A DNA stretch of 64,000 nucleotides from an uncultured delta proteobacterium (GCA_963810935.1 CAWEPK010000011.1:32001-96000); one strand, 5' to 3'; positions 21,266 through 31,694 are shown, numbered from the stretch's first letter. Translations and numbers: made by a program. The notes: a model not told the origin generated them from the letters alone.

Positions 21266-22624
21266 AAAGGAGAAGCATACTCGTAATTGACGACGAGAAG
21301 ATCATCCTCGAATCGCTCAAGATGTTCCTCACGGAAAAGGGTTACGAGGTGGAAACGGCTGCCTCGGTGGCAGAAGGCAGGCGCAAATTCGAAACGTGCA
21401 GTCCCGACGCAGCCATAATGGATATACGCCTGCCCGACGGGGACGGCCTGGATCTGCTCGGGGAGTTGAAAAGCAACGACAGCAAGGTCCCGGTCATTAT
21501 GATTACCGCCTTCCACGACATGGACGCGACCGTGAAGGCCATAAAGCTGGGCGCAACGGAATATATCACGAAACCGATCGACGTAGACGAGCTGGAAAAG
21601 GCGGTTTCGCGGGCCATGAAGCTCAGCGGCGCAAAAAAAGAGGATCGCCTGCCTCCGGACGACGGCGTGGCCTACCGGAAAGGGAAGATCGTCGGAAACA
21701 GCAAGGATATGAAGGAGGTTTACAAGGCGATAGGCGCCCTTTCCGAGAACCGGGTGACCGTCTTGATAGAGGGGGAGACGGGCACGGGCAAAGAGCTGAT
21801 CGCGCGGGCGATCCATGGCAACAGCCATTACCGGGAGCAGCCGTTCATCGCCATAAACTGTTCTGCCATAGTGCCGACGCTGCTCGAAAGCGAGTCTGTT
21901 CGGCCATGAGAAGGGGGCCTTTACAGGCGCGCTCGCGCAGAAAAAGGGGAGGTTCGAGCTTGCGGGCGGCGGCACGATCTTTCTCGACGAGGTGGGTGAT
22001 ATCCCCGTGGCCCTGCAGGCGAAGCTTCTTCGCTTCCTTCAGGAAAAAGAATTCGAGCGCGTCGGCGGCGAGTCCACCCTCCATTCGGACGCGAGGGTCA
22101 TTGCAGCCACGAACAGGGAACTGTGGCAGATGGTGCAGCAGGACCTTTTCCGGGAAGACCTCTATTATCGCCTCAGCGTCGCCACCTTAAGGGTGTCGCC
22201 GCTCCGGGCGAGACGGGAAGATATCGCGCCGCTCGTCTCCTATCTTTTAAAAAAGATTAACCGCGAGCTTCACAAGAACGTGAGGACCGTCGAGGAAAAG
22301 GCATTCCGCATGCTTGGCGACTACGACTGGCCGGGGAACGTCAGGGAGCTCGAGAACGTACTGACGAAGGCGGCCCTCGACACGCAGGGGGACGTTATAT
22401 ATGAAGAGTCGGTCGGCCGCCTGCTCGTGGGGTCGAAGAAGCCGGGCGGAAGGGAGGCGTCCCCGCAGGGCGCCCGGAGCCTCGACGCGGTCGAGCGCGA
22501 CCATATAATAGCGGTCCTGAAGGAAACCGGGTGGCACCTGGGAAAGACGTGCTCCATCCTAGGCATCTCCCGGCCCACGCTGCGGCAGAAGCTAAAAGGT
22601 TACAACCTGGCCGACCATCCCTAG
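21262..22624 (+). CDS. sigma54-dependent response regulator (NtrC family); frameshift ~21896
   Basis: Receiver (IDDE, DIRLPD, KP), GETGTGKE, ESELFGHEKGAFTGA after removing one T, FLDEVG, FREDLYYRL, WPGNVRELEN, Fis-HTH. Confidence 0.92.
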
Positions 22625-22644
22625 GCCGGAAGCTACGCAGGCAT

Positions 22645-22794
22645 AAAGCGAGCGTATGCGAAGCGCTTACCCGCCCGACGTAAGGAGGGAAGGGTCGAGC
22701 TTCGCGGGTATTGAATACCTGCTGCTTGCAGCAGGTAAAAGCGAGCGCATGCGAAGCGCCGAGCCGGGAGGCTCGCCGGGCTTTGCCCGGCGAG
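22645..22794. repeat. Intergenic element with a 22-bp direct repeat and two perfect hairpins
   Basis: AAAGCGAGCG(T/C)ATGCGAAGCGC at 22645-66 and 22738-59; 10-bp stems at 22716-37 and 22772-94. Confidence 0.7.
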
Positions 22795-22814
22795 GGGGTG
22801 CTGAACCCCAATAT

Positions 22815-22955
22815 TGAAATAAGTTTTCACAGGGAAAAGAAACTTTCAAACATGGAAGAACGGTGCGTCAGGGGGGGTAAGGGGCTTTTTGCCCTGTATT
22901 TGCTTCGCCGCCGCCTTTGTGCGGCACTGTTCCGTCGAGTGGCACGTTTGTTGCT
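22815..22955 (+). promoter_or_regulatory. sigma54 (-24/-12) promoter with candidate upstream activator sites
   Basis: TGGCAC-GTTTG-TTGCT at 22940-55 (GG-N10-GC); TGAAA-N5-TTTCA at 22815-29 and a similar GAAA..TTTCA at 22834-48. Confidence 0.8.
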
Positions 22956-22998
22956 CAATGTAAACGGGGCTGATTGAAAAATCAGACAAGGGGGGGTT

Positions 22999-24261
22999 AT
23001 GAGAGGGGGCTTTCGCTCTATTCTGGTCGCGGTACTCTTTCTTTTCGCAGTTCCGGCACTGTTCGTAAGTGCTGCAGAAAAACCGATAATCATCGGCGCG
23101 CCGCTCGCAACGGCCTTTCTTTACGGCTGGGACGCCGAGCGGGGGATTAAGCTTGCCGCCGAAGAGATCAATGCAGCAGGCGGAGTGAGCGTCGGGGGCA
23201 AGAAAAGACCCATCAGCGTGGAGGTTATCGACACGCGGGACCTGGAGCCGGGCGTGCCCGTAAGCGACGCGCTTCTCGGTGTCGAGAAACTGATACTCGA
23301 AAAGAGGGTCGATTTCATCGTGGGCGGCCCTGTCCGCTCGGAGGCGGCGCTCGCCGCAATGGACCTCCTGAGCAAGCACAAGAAGGTGAGCATCCTGACG
23401 ACAGGCGCCCTGTCGCCCGCCTACACGAAAAGGGTCGCGGAGAACTACGCGAAATATAAATACTGCTTCAGGAACACGAGCCACGTGGGCGTGATGATGG
23501 AAGAGTTCGTCACCCTCCTGGAGGATATCAGGAAGACCCACAACTTCAACAAGGCGTACGTCATGGTGCAGGACGTGGCGCATGCCCGCGCAGGCGGTGA
23601 GGCGATGCAGAAGGCGCTTACCGCAAAGGGGTGGAGCGTCATCGACATGAAGGTCTATCCCACCGGGACCGTCGATTACTCCGTGGGCCTTATAGACGCG
23701 GGCAAGAAAGGCGCCCAGGTCCTTTTCCTGTGGATGGATATGCCTGAAAGCGCCGTGCTCCTCAAACAGTGGAGCGACCTGAAGCTGAAATCTCTGCCCG
23801 TAGGGTTCGTCAACGCGGCCGAGCAGCCCGGCTTCGCGAAGGCCACCGGGGGCAAGGGCGAATACCTCATCGTCAACCTCGTCAACGGGGGCAACGCCCC
23901 TGCCAGGATTACCCCCTGGACCATGAAATTCGTCGAGGCGTACAAGAAGAAATGGGGGCTTGAGCCGGAAGGCTACGGGTCGTCGTCGAGCTACATGGCC
24001 GTCTACCAGATCAAGGACGCCGTGGAAAGGGCACAGAGCACCGACCCGGATAAGGTCGTGCCCGCCCTGGAGTCTTCCGATATCATGGGCGTCTACGGCA
24101 GGATGCGCTTTGACAAAAAATCGCACCAGATAATCCCGTCCTTCGACCCGAAGGAAGGCGCCGTGACAGGTATAGTGCAGTGGCAGAACAACAAGCGCGT
24201 CCAGATTTTCCCGGCGAAGGTAGCGGAGGCAAAAGTCCTGCTTCCACCGTGGATGAAGTAG
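22999..24261 (+). CDS. ABC transporter substrate-binding protein (branched-chain amino acid/aromatic acid family)
   Basis: Signal peptide, GIKLAAEEINAAGG, LivK-like layout. Confidence 0.9.
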   Translation: MRGGFRSILVAVLFLFAVPALFVSAAEKPIIIGAPLATAFLYGWDAERGIKLAAEEINAAGGVSVGGKKRPISVEVIDTRDLEPGVPVSDALLGVEKLILEKRVDFIVGGPVRSEAALAAMDLLSKHKKVSILTTGALSPAYTKRVAENYAKYKYCFRNTSHVGVMMEEFVTLLEDIRKTHNFNKAYVMVQDVAHARAGGEAMQKALTAKGWSVIDMKVYPTGTVDYSVGLIDAGKKGAQVLFLWMDMPESAVLLKQWSDLKLKSLPVGFVNAAEQPGFAKATGGKGEYLIVNLVNGGNAPARITPWTMKFVEAYKKKWGLEPEGYGSSSSYMAVYQIKDAVERAQSTDPDKVVPALESSDIMGVYGRMRFDKKSHQIIPSFDPKEGAVTGIVQWQNNKRVQIFPAKVAEAKVLLPPWMK

Positions 24262-24291
24262 GCCAAGAAGAAGGACGATAAGGGGGCGGGC

Positions 24292-25158
24292 TTGGAGATC
24301 ATCGTCTACGGAATCATCAACAGCATTATTCTTGCGCTCCTGTCCCTCGGTTTCGCCCTCGTATACAGCATCAGCAGGGTGCCGAACTTCGCCCACGGGG
24401 CGCTTTACATCGGGGCGGGCTATATCGTCTGGCTGCTCCTCAACGCAGTCGGCCTGCCTTACGCGCTTGCCATACCACTCGGGATCCTCAGCACCAGCCT
24501 GATAGGCGCGCTTATTTACCGGTTCATCATCATCAGGATCAGGGGTATGGAGATCTCGGAGATTATCGGCACGTACGCGGTAGGGCTTGCCATAATAGAA
24601 GGTCTGCGGTGGGGCGGCCTGCGGGGCATGACGTACACGCTTCCCGTCTTCATACAAGGCTCGACCACGATACTGGGCGTGGCCGTAGACTACCAGAGGC
24701 TCCTTATAGTTGTAGCGGGCGTCAGCACCTTCGTCTTTCTCTTCCTGTTCACCAGGTACAGCAAGATCGGGCTCGCCCTGCGGGGCATTGCCCAGGACGA
24801 GCGGGCGGCGATGATGCTGGGCATCGACTCCGACATGACAGCCATCATCTCGCTCGCAATAGGCTCCGGGCTGGCAGCCTTCGCCGCCGTTTTACTTTTG
24901 CCCCTCGGCAACATAGTCGTCGAGCAGGGGTATAACGTGCTCATCTTCGCGGTAGCGGTTTGCATCATAGGCGGCCTGGGCAGCTGGGGGGGCACGATCG
25001 TAGCGTCGTTCATCATCGGCTTTGCCCAGATCCTGACGGAGACGCTCATATCGAGCCATTTTGTCATGGTAGTGGCCCTGCTCGCCATTATCGTCACGCT
25101 CCTGGTCAAGCCTTCGGGCATATTCGGTAAGCAGAAACAGCTTGAGGAGAGAGTATGA
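24292..25158 (+). CDS. ABC transporter permease (LivH-like)
   Basis: LGFALVY...NFAHG, IGLALRGIAQD..AA, IIGGLGS, KPSGIFG. Confidence 0.92.
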   Translation: MEIIVYGIINSIILALLSLGFALVYSISRVPNFAHGALYIGAGYIVWLLLNAVGLPYALAIPLGILSTSLIGALIYRFIIIRIRGMEISEIIGTYAVGLAIIEGLRWGGLRGMTYTLPVFIQGSTTILGVAVDYQRLLIVVAGVSTFVFLFLFTRYSKIGLALRGIAQDERAAMMLGIDSDMTAIISLAIGSGLAAFAAVLLLPLGNIVVEQGYNVLIFAVAVCIIGGLGSWGGTIVASFIIGFAQILTETLISSHFVMVVALLAIIVTLLVKPSGIFGKQKQLEERV

Positions 25159-26174
25159 CGACGATGGAGATGACGAGAAAGGAGCGCATCGACAGGGGGC
25201 TGAAGGTAAGGACGGAGGGGATCTACGCCATCTCTTCATACGAGGAGATCCTCTACCTTATCGGGCCGAGGCTGCTCCTGATCGTGGGCGTGCTCCTCCT
25301 GCCGCTGGTCCTGGAGCTTGCGCCCTACTGGAAGAGGGTCGTAAACATCATGTGCGTTTACGCGATTCTTGCCCTCGCCTTCGACTTCCTGGCGAACTAC
25401 GTGGGCCTCGTCTGTCTCGGGGGCGCCCTCTTCATCGGCGTGGGCGGTTACCTCTCGGCCATTCTCAATGTCTATCTCCATGTGCCGATCTACCTTTCCA
25501 TCCCGCTGGCGACGGTCTTCGGGGCCGCCCTCTGCACGGCGATCATCATGCCGTGCCTGCCACTGCGCGGCGTCTATTTCGCGATCGTAACGCTTATGTA
25601 TCCCATTCTTCTTTCGCGGATCATAGAGGCGTTCAACATACTGGGCGGCACGAACGGCATCACCGGGCTGGACAGCTTCCCCCACGAGTACGTCGAGCAG
25701 TATACGATCATCATAGTCATGCTTCTCGCCCTTTTCGGCATGAGGAGGCTGGTGAGCCAGGACGTGGGGCTCGTGCTCCGGGGAGTCAAGGACAACGACC
25801 AGTCGATAAGGGCCTCGGGCATCAACGTGACCGTAATGAAGTCGCTCGCCGTCTTCATCGCAGCGCTGATGGGGTGTTTCGGAGGGGCCTATATAGCGCA
25901 CCTGTATATGTGGGCTGGCCTTTCGCTCTTTGCCCTGGATTTCTCCATCATCCCCATCGCGTCCGTTGTCATGGGCGGCGGCGGGACGCTCATCGGCGCA
26001 GTGATCGGTTGCTTCATCCTCGTCCCCCTGAGCGAGTTCCTAAGGTTCTTCGGCACCTTCAGAGTCGTCATTTACTGTGCCATCCTGACCGGCTTCATTG
26101 TCTTCAAAAGCGAGGGACTGATGGTCTATCTTCAGAGGAAATATCATCAGTTTGAACGTCTGGTGAAAATATGA
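25155..26174 (+). CDS. ABC transporter permease (LivM-like)
   Basis: LRGVYFAIVTL, GG.NG, GLVLRGVKDN, MGGGGTL.G. Confidence 0.92.
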   Translation: MTTMEMTRKERIDRGLKVRTEGIYAISSYEEILYLIGPRLLLIVGVLLLPLVLELAPYWKRVVNIMCVYAILALAFDFLANYVGLVCLGGALFIGVGGYLSAILNVYLHVPIYLSIPLATVFGAALCTAIIMPCLPLRGVYFAIVTLMYPILLSRIIEAFNILGGTNGITGLDSFPHEYVEQYTIIIVMLLALFGMRRLVSQDVGLVLRGVKDNDQSIRASGINVTVMKSLAVFIAALMGCFGGAYIAHLYMWAGLSLFALDFSIIPIASVVMGGGGTLIGAVIGCFILVPLSEFLRFFGTFRVVIYCAILTGFIVFKSEGLMVYLQRKYHQFERLVKI

Positions 26175-26938
26175 GCGACACCGTTATTCTCTCCATGCGG
26201 GGCATAAGCAAGTCTTTCGGCGGCCTCAAGGCGCTCTCTGACGTCAGCTTCGACGTGCGCCAGGGGGAGATCTACGGCATTATAGGACCGAACGGCTCCG
26301 GCAAGACGACGCTCATCAACTGCGTCACAGGGTTCGTTAAGCCGGACGGCGGGCGCGTCTTCTTCCGTGACGACGAGATCACCAGGTGGCCCCCGCACAA
26401 GGTTGCCCACGTCGGCATCGCCCGGACCTTCCAGATCATGAGGCCCTATTACACGCTGCCTGCTTACAAGAACCTGATCATACCTCTCTGGTCGCCGAGG
26501 GCGAAGAAATTGGGGGGCTGGCGCGGGGGCGGGAGGCACGGCGACAGGGACACGGTGGCAGTCGATATCCTCGAGGAGATCGGTTTCGAGAGGGATTCGA
26601 AGGTGCCTTACAAGCTTGCGGCCACTCTGCCGACGGGCTACCAGAAAAGGCTGGAGCTTGCGCGCTGCATGGCGCTGCGGCCCGACGTCATTTTCTGCGA
26701 CGAGGTGTTCTCGGGCCTCTCCATGAGTGAGATCGCGGGCATGATACCGCTTATCGAGAAGCTGAGAATGGACGGGGTTACACTCATCATGGTCGAGCAC
26801 AGGCTGCGGGAGCTTTTCAGGGTGGCCGACAGGGTAATGGCCCTCAACTTCGGCGAGAAGATCGCGGAAGGGGAGTATACCAAGGTGATCGAGGACAAGC
26901 GGGTCAGAGAGGCCTATCTCGGGAAAGAGGGTGTATAG
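26171..26938 (+). CDS. ABC transporter ATP-binding protein (LivG-like)
   Basis: GPNGSGKT, GIARTFQ, VEH, VREAYLG. Confidence 0.93.
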   Translation: MSDTVILSMRGISKSFGGLKALSDVSFDVRQGEIYGIIGPNGSGKTTLINCVTGFVKPDGGRVFFRDDEITRWPPHKVAHVGIARTFQIMRPYYTLPAYKNLIIPLWSPRAKKLGGWRGGGRHGDRDTVAVDILEEIGFERDSKVPYKLAATLPTGYQKRLELARCMALRPDVIFCDEVFSGLSMSEIAGMIPLIEKLRMDGVTLIMVEHRLRELFRVADRVMALNFGEKIAEGEYTKVIEDKRVREAYLGKEGV

Positions 26939-26940
26939 AG

Positions 26941-27687
26941 ATGCTTGAGGGACGAGAACTGATGGTCTTCTACGAGAATATGCTGGCCCTCAACAACGTC
27001 AGCCTTACGTGCGAGGACCGCGCCATCATCGGCATCTTCGGGCCTAACAGCGCAGGCAAGAGCACCCTGATGTACGCGTTGTCGGGCATCATGCTCGACA
27101 TCAAGAAGAAGGAGATCATGCGCGGCGGAGAGCGCATATCCTTATTCGGCAGCATTCTGTTCGATGGCCGGGAGATCACGCAGATTCCCCCGCACCAGCG
27201 CGCGCGCCTGGGCATTGTCCTTTGCCCCGAGCGCAGGAGGATCTTCCCGGAGAGCTCGGTGCTCGAAAACCTGAAGATCGGCGCCTACCTGTCTACGAAA
27301 CAGGAGGCGAAGGAGAACATCGAGTACGTCCTCGACCTCTTCCCACGCCTGAAAGACCACCTGAAGCGGCAGGGCGGGTTCTTATCCGGCGGCGAGCAGC
27401 AGATGCTGGCCATCGGCAGGGCCCTCATGGCAAAGCCTAAGCTCCTGCTCCTTGACGAGCCGCTTTTGGGCCTCAGCCCCGCATACCAGGAGATTGTTGT
27501 AACGGGGACAAAGGCCATACGCGACACGAAGGGCATCTCCATCATAGTGACCGAGCAGTACGCCCGGCCCGTCATCCCTATAATCGACAGGGGCTATATC
27601 CTCGAGAACGGATCGAACGTTCTGTCCGGAACGAAGGAGGAGCTGATAGATAACCCGGACGTAAAATCCGCCTACTTTGGGGTTTAA
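26941..27687 (+). CDS. ABC transporter ATP-binding protein (LivF-like)
   Basis: GPNSAGKS, LSGGEQQMLAIGRALM, LLLDEP. Confidence 0.93.
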   Translation: MLEGRELMVFYENMLALNNVSLTCEDRAIIGIFGPNSAGKSTLMYALSGIMLDIKKKEIMRGGERISLFGSILFDGREITQIPPHQRARLGIVLCPERRRIFPESSVLENLKIGAYLSTKQEAKENIEYVLDLFPRLKDHLKRQGGFLSGGEQQMLAIGRALMAKPKLLLLDEPLLGLSPAYQEIVVTGTKAIRDTKGISIIVTEQYARPVIPIIDRGYILENGSNVLSGTKEELIDNPDVKSAYFGV

Positions 27688-27712
27688 GACCGTGCAAGGA
27701 GCGACAACGCCG

Positions 27713-29362
27713 ATGGAACCGAGCTTCACCTTCTCCCGCTTTGACGAGATGTGCGCGAAGGAACCGGGCAATACGGCCCTCTATTACCTCGGCGAGCGTT
27801 ACAGCTACGGCAGGCTGGCAATGCTCATAGACAGGTTCGCCGCCGGACTGGTCAAGATAGGCGTCAAGCCGCAGGATCGGGTAATGCTCTACATCCCGAA
27901 CTGTCCCCAGTGGATCGTAGCGAACTTCGCGATCAACAAGATAGGCGCGGTTACGGTCCCCGTCTCTCCTATATACACGGCCTACGAGATCGAGTATATG
28001 ATCGAGGACGCCAACATAAAGACCGTGATATGCCTCGATACCAACTTCGTTTATGTCCGCGAGGTCCTGAAGAAGACCGGCCTTGAGCGCGTTATCGTCA
28101 CCGACCTCGTGGAGTCGATGCCCCCGTGGAAGCGCGTCATAGGCCGTCTCTTCGACAAGATCCCGACGGGCAAGATAGAGAGAGGCAAAGAGATCTATTC
28201 CTTCCGGAAGCTCATCAAGGAAAACTGGCCCAGGCCGCCGAAGGTGGAGATCGACCCTTACGCCGACCTTTCGTACGTTATGTATACGGGCGGCACGACC
28301 GGCTTCCCGAAGGGCGTGCCCGGGAACCACATGGGCGAGGTCTCTTATATAAAAGACATTATGGACGACGTCGTCGGCGACCGCATGACGGAGTCGAAAG
28401 AGACCGTGCTGATGGTGAACCCGCTGTTTCACATCATGGCCAAGGGCTTCATGATAGCATTCGGGTTCAATTTCGGGAATACCGTCATCCTTATGCCGCA
28501 GCCCGACGTAGACGCAACCCTCAAGGCGATAGAACGGTACAAGGTGGGCTGGATGCTCGGCGTCCCCGCCCTCTACAGGATGATGCTCGAGAACGACCGC
28601 CTCGACCAGTACGACTTAAGCTCCCTGAAATACTGTTACTGCGGCGGCGACGTGCTGCCCGCCGAGGTATTCAAGTCATGGAAGGGGCGCTACTCCATTC
28701 CTATCTATCAGGTTTACGGATCGACCGAGGCCGGGCACGTAGCTTACAGTCTCCTCGACAGGGAGCCGAAGCCGACCGTCGTGGGCACGCCGCTGCGGTC
28801 GCGCAGGTGCATGCTCGCAGACGCGGAATCGCTCTCTCCCGTCGCCTCGGGCGAGGTAGGGGAGTTGCTCGTCACATCCGAGCATACGATAAAGAGCTAC
28901 TGGAACAAGCCGGACGAGACTACCCGCTCCTTCGTACAGATGAACGGCGACATGTACTACCGGATGGGCGACTTCATGCGCATGAACGAGGACGGCGAGC
29001 TCGAGTTCATGGAGCGTACCGCAGACACGATAAAATACAAGGCATACCGCATATCGGCTTCCGAGATCGAGGCGGTCTTGCAGGACCATCCTACAGTGAT
29101 AGGCGCGTGCTGCGTGGGCATCCCCGACCCGAGGGTGGGGGAGAGGATCAAGGCCATAGTCGTGCTCAAGGAAGACGCAAAAGGCGTCGGGAGCAGCGAG
29201 CTGACGAAGTGGTGCAGGGACCGGCTCACGTCCTACAAGATACCCCATTATATCGAGTTCCGCGATATGCTGCCGAAATCGAAGGTGGGCAAGCTCTTGA
29301 GAAGAGAGATCAGGGACGAGGAAAAAAGGAAGCTCGACAAAGAGAAGCGAAAAGTAACGTAA
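27713..29362 (+). CDS. Acyl-CoA synthetase (long-chain fatty acid-CoA ligase family)
   Basis: YTGGTTGFPKG, YGSTE, YRMGD, LPKSKVGKLLRR. Confidence 0.9.
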   Translation: MEPSFTFSRFDEMCAKEPGNTALYYLGERYSYGRLAMLIDRFAAGLVKIGVKPQDRVMLYIPNCPQWIVANFAINKIGAVTVPVSPIYTAYEIEYMIEDANIKTVICLDTNFVYVREVLKKTGLERVIVTDLVESMPPWKRVIGRLFDKIPTGKIERGKEIYSFRKLIKENWPRPPKVEIDPYADLSYVMYTGGTTGFPKGVPGNHMGEVSYIKDIMDDVVGDRMTESKETVLMVNPLFHIMAKGFMIAFGFNFGNTVILMPQPDVDATLKAIERYKVGWMLGVPALYRMMLENDRLDQYDLSSLKYCYCGGDVLPAEVFKSWKGRYSIPIYQVYGSTEAGHVAYSLLDREPKPTVVGTPLRSRRCMLADAESLSPVASGEVGELLVTSEHTIKSYWNKPDETTRSFVQMNGDMYYRMGDFMRMNEDGELEFMERTADTIKYKAYRISASEIEAVLQDHPTVIGACCVGIPDPRVGERIKAIVVLKEDAKGVGSSELTKWCRDRLTSYKIPHYIEFRDMLPKSKVGKLLRREIRDEEKRKLDKEKRKVT

Positions 29363-29368
29363 AGTCTT

Positions 29369-29698
29369 TTACCGGTAAAGGTCTTCCGGGCTGCCCGCGC
29401 AGCTCTTTTCCGTAAAACGCTGCGTCTCTTTCAGGACGGCGTCGGTGAGCGTATCGACGGACAGCTTCCCGCCTGCGCATCCCGTGGCTTCTTTGCCGTT
29501 GATCTTGATCGTGCCGGGCAAGTCCGATTCACCTCCGGTCAGCTCTTGCCGCCTCACGTCGAGCTGTATCTGCATCGTACTTAAGAAAGGGCGCATCGCC
29601 TCTACGGCGCCCGCAATGACCGCCTCGATTTCGGCGTGAGGGCGGTCGAAACCCGATTTCCCGTCACAATGAAGCCATTCGATAAGTATCCTTTTCAT
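29369..29698 (-). CDS. Small hypothetical protein, DUF2703-like layout
   Basis: MKRILIEWL..DG...; IKING; resembles the thioredoxin-like DUF2703 layout but lacks its CxRC. Confidence 0.5.
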   Translation of the reverse strand: MKRILIEWLHCDGKSGFDRPHAEIEAVIAGAVEAMRPFLSTMQIQLDVRRQELTGGESDLPGTIKINGKEATGCAGGKLSVDTLTDAVLKETQRFTEKSCAGSPEDLYR

Positions 29699-29877
29699 GA
29701 CACCGCGCAAATAGTTCTATACCGCGCACGTCTTTCATGTCAACCCGCGGCGGCCTGAGGACGTTAAACAACGGGGATGTGATTTCAACCAGCCGGTTTT
29801 GCGATATACGGGCGGACCATCTTCGCCGGATCGACGATGCGATCATGGGCGAGGGTCAGCGAATGTTCACGTTGATC

Positions 29878-31254
29878 TTACCCATTCCTCCTGTCGATCA
29901 ATTGATCTTTAATCTTGTCTGTGTCTGTTCTTTCAAGCGATCCGAAAGGGACTAACTGAACATGAAACTTGACCGCGCCCATTTCGACCTTCGCATAGAT
30001 TTCATGGGAGGCCTTTTCCAACATTTCTGCTATAGCTATCGCCTCGCTCTCTTCCAGCGTGCTTCCGGCGGCACATTCAATTTTAAAGCAGGCATGTTCT
30101 GCATTGAGGCGTTTTTCCAGAATAACCTGGTACCAGGCTGTTGCATTTGAGAAATGGGAAAGAACTTCGTTAATTTCATGCGCCTCAAACTTTGTACCCC
30201 CAAAGAAGAGAGTTAGAGACGACCTCCCCTTTAGAAACACTCTCGGGAACGACAGTCCACACTCGCAGGTCTCATACGATATCACGCCGAGGTCACCGAT
30301 TCGATACCTTAGCAGAGGAGTGCCCAGGTTAGTGAAATTTGTGATTACAATTTCACCGATGGTCTTATTATCGGTAATCGGTAAGAGAGTTTCCGGATCG
30401 ACAACCTCAACATAGCCTGTACCCGGCGGGACGTGCATTCCATTATGTTCTTCACATTCTGCGCCGATAATGCCAATCTCATTCGCGCCGTAGTGATCGT
30501 AATATTCGGCCCCCCATTCCGCTTCAAGTGCTTTTTTGGAGCTATCCGATATGGCCAACGCGCAGCCGAGAAGGTATTTGACTCTGAAGTCGGCTTTGAG
30601 ATCATATCCTAATCGCTTGGCCCTCTCCGTCACTGTCTGCAATCTGGAAGCGCTCCCTTTAATGTGCGTAGCCCCCAAAGAAGACATGCGACGAATTGCG
30701 TTGTCCAAATCGACATCATTTGTGATCATGCCGAATGGCATACAAAACGAACCTACCGTCCGGCTCGCACCGAAGCAGGAAAGGCAAATCGACAATTGCA
30801 AGGGCATAAAAAGGCCCACTCTCGACATTTTATCCATCTTCATCAGAACATATCCTAAAGCCAGCGACTTCTCAAAACCCGCCAATGCCGCTTCTGTCCA
30901 TAGTATGACCTTACTGGGCCCCGTACTTCCGCTCGACGTAGTCACGGAGACGATATCCTCCCAATCGGCTGCACGGATGTCGTCAATCGGTGTTAGTCGG
31001 AGGTCGTCCTTGCCGAGGAACGGCAATTTGGCGAACGCCTCGTAGCCATTGATGTACCCGATACCGGCTAATTTGTCGCGATAATACTTGGAAGCTGATT
31101 GTATTTCTTCCAGAAAGTATTGAAGCTGCCTGAATTGGTAATGCCGGTATTCGTCAGGTGAAAACGCAAGGTACTTCCTGAAATCGCCAGGTCCATCGCC
31201 GAGGTGAACCGTTTCAGGGAGCTGTTTTTCGGACGCTGCAAGAATCTTTCCCAT
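29878..31254 (-). CDS. Phenylacetate-CoA ligase (PaaK)-family protein
   Basis: LPFLGKDDLR, TSSGSTG, YGANE, GEIVITN, PLLRYRIGD, C.CG, GR. Confidence 0.85.
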   Translation of the reverse strand: MGKILAASEKQLPETVHLGDGPGDFRKYLAFSPDEYRHYQFRQLQYFLEEIQSASKYYRDKLAGIGYINGYEAFAKLPFLGKDDLRLTPIDDIRAADWEDIVSVTTSSGSTGPSKVILWTEAALAGFEKSLALGYVLMKMDKMSRVGLFMPLQLSICLSCFGASRTVGSFCMPFGMITNDVDLDNAIRRMSSLGATHIKGSASRLQTVTERAKRLGYDLKADFRVKYLLGCALAISDSSKKALEAEWGAEYYDHYGANEIGIIGAECEEHNGMHVPPGTGYVEVVDPETLLPITDNKTIGEIVITNFTNLGTPLLRYRIGDLGVISYETCECGLSFPRVFLKGRSSLTLFFGGTKFEAHEINEVLSHFSNATAWYQVILEKRLNAEHACFKIECAAGSTLEESEAIAIAEMLEKASHEIYAKVEMGAVKFHVQLVPFGSLERTDTDKIKDQLIDRRNG

Positions 31255-31523
31255 ACTTCACCTCCCGGCAATGATGTTTCGTCTCCACACGTCTTGATCG
31301 TAATCGCTGTGATCCTGCATTTCACAGGAAACGTTCAGCCGCTTCATTTTAATGCGACATCGCGGACGTGGCTGACCAACGGGTGACTTTGGGACGTGCT
31401 TGACCAATTTGATGCCGAATAGTTGCTTTTTAGCAATCGGAGGTGGAGGTCACGCCTCACTTTTCAAAGCGCGCAACGGACTTATATTTTAAAAGATCGA
31501 AGTCTTGAAGGAGAGGACAGCCC

Positions 31524-31694
31524 ATGGAGACAAAGATGCTTGTGTGCAACGACTGCGGATGCAAGTTTGAGCTGAAAGATGCGAAGACGCCTGCAAAGGA
31601 GACGCCCCGGCCGGCGCCGCCGCCGAAGGACAGGTGGACCCAGGCGGACGTCGCCTGCCCGGAGTGCAGGAGCTACAACGTGACCACTGCCTGA
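31524..31694 (+). CDS. 56-aa zinc-ribbon protein (not in ORF track)
   Basis: METKMLVCNDCGCKFE...VACPECRSYNVTTA*; two CxxC; GGAGAGG RBS upstream. Confidence 0.7.
   Translation: METKMLVCNDCGCKFELKDAKTPAKETPRPAPPPKDRWTQADVACPECRSYNVTTA

Noticed and set aside
22645..22759. Possible mini-CRISPR
   Set aside because: Only two 22-bp units with a 71-bp structured spacer and no cas genes.
31400..31420. Possible sigma54 promoter for the PaaK-like gene (CGGCATCAAATTGGT on - strand)
   Set aside because: The -12 element reads GT rather than the invariant GC.
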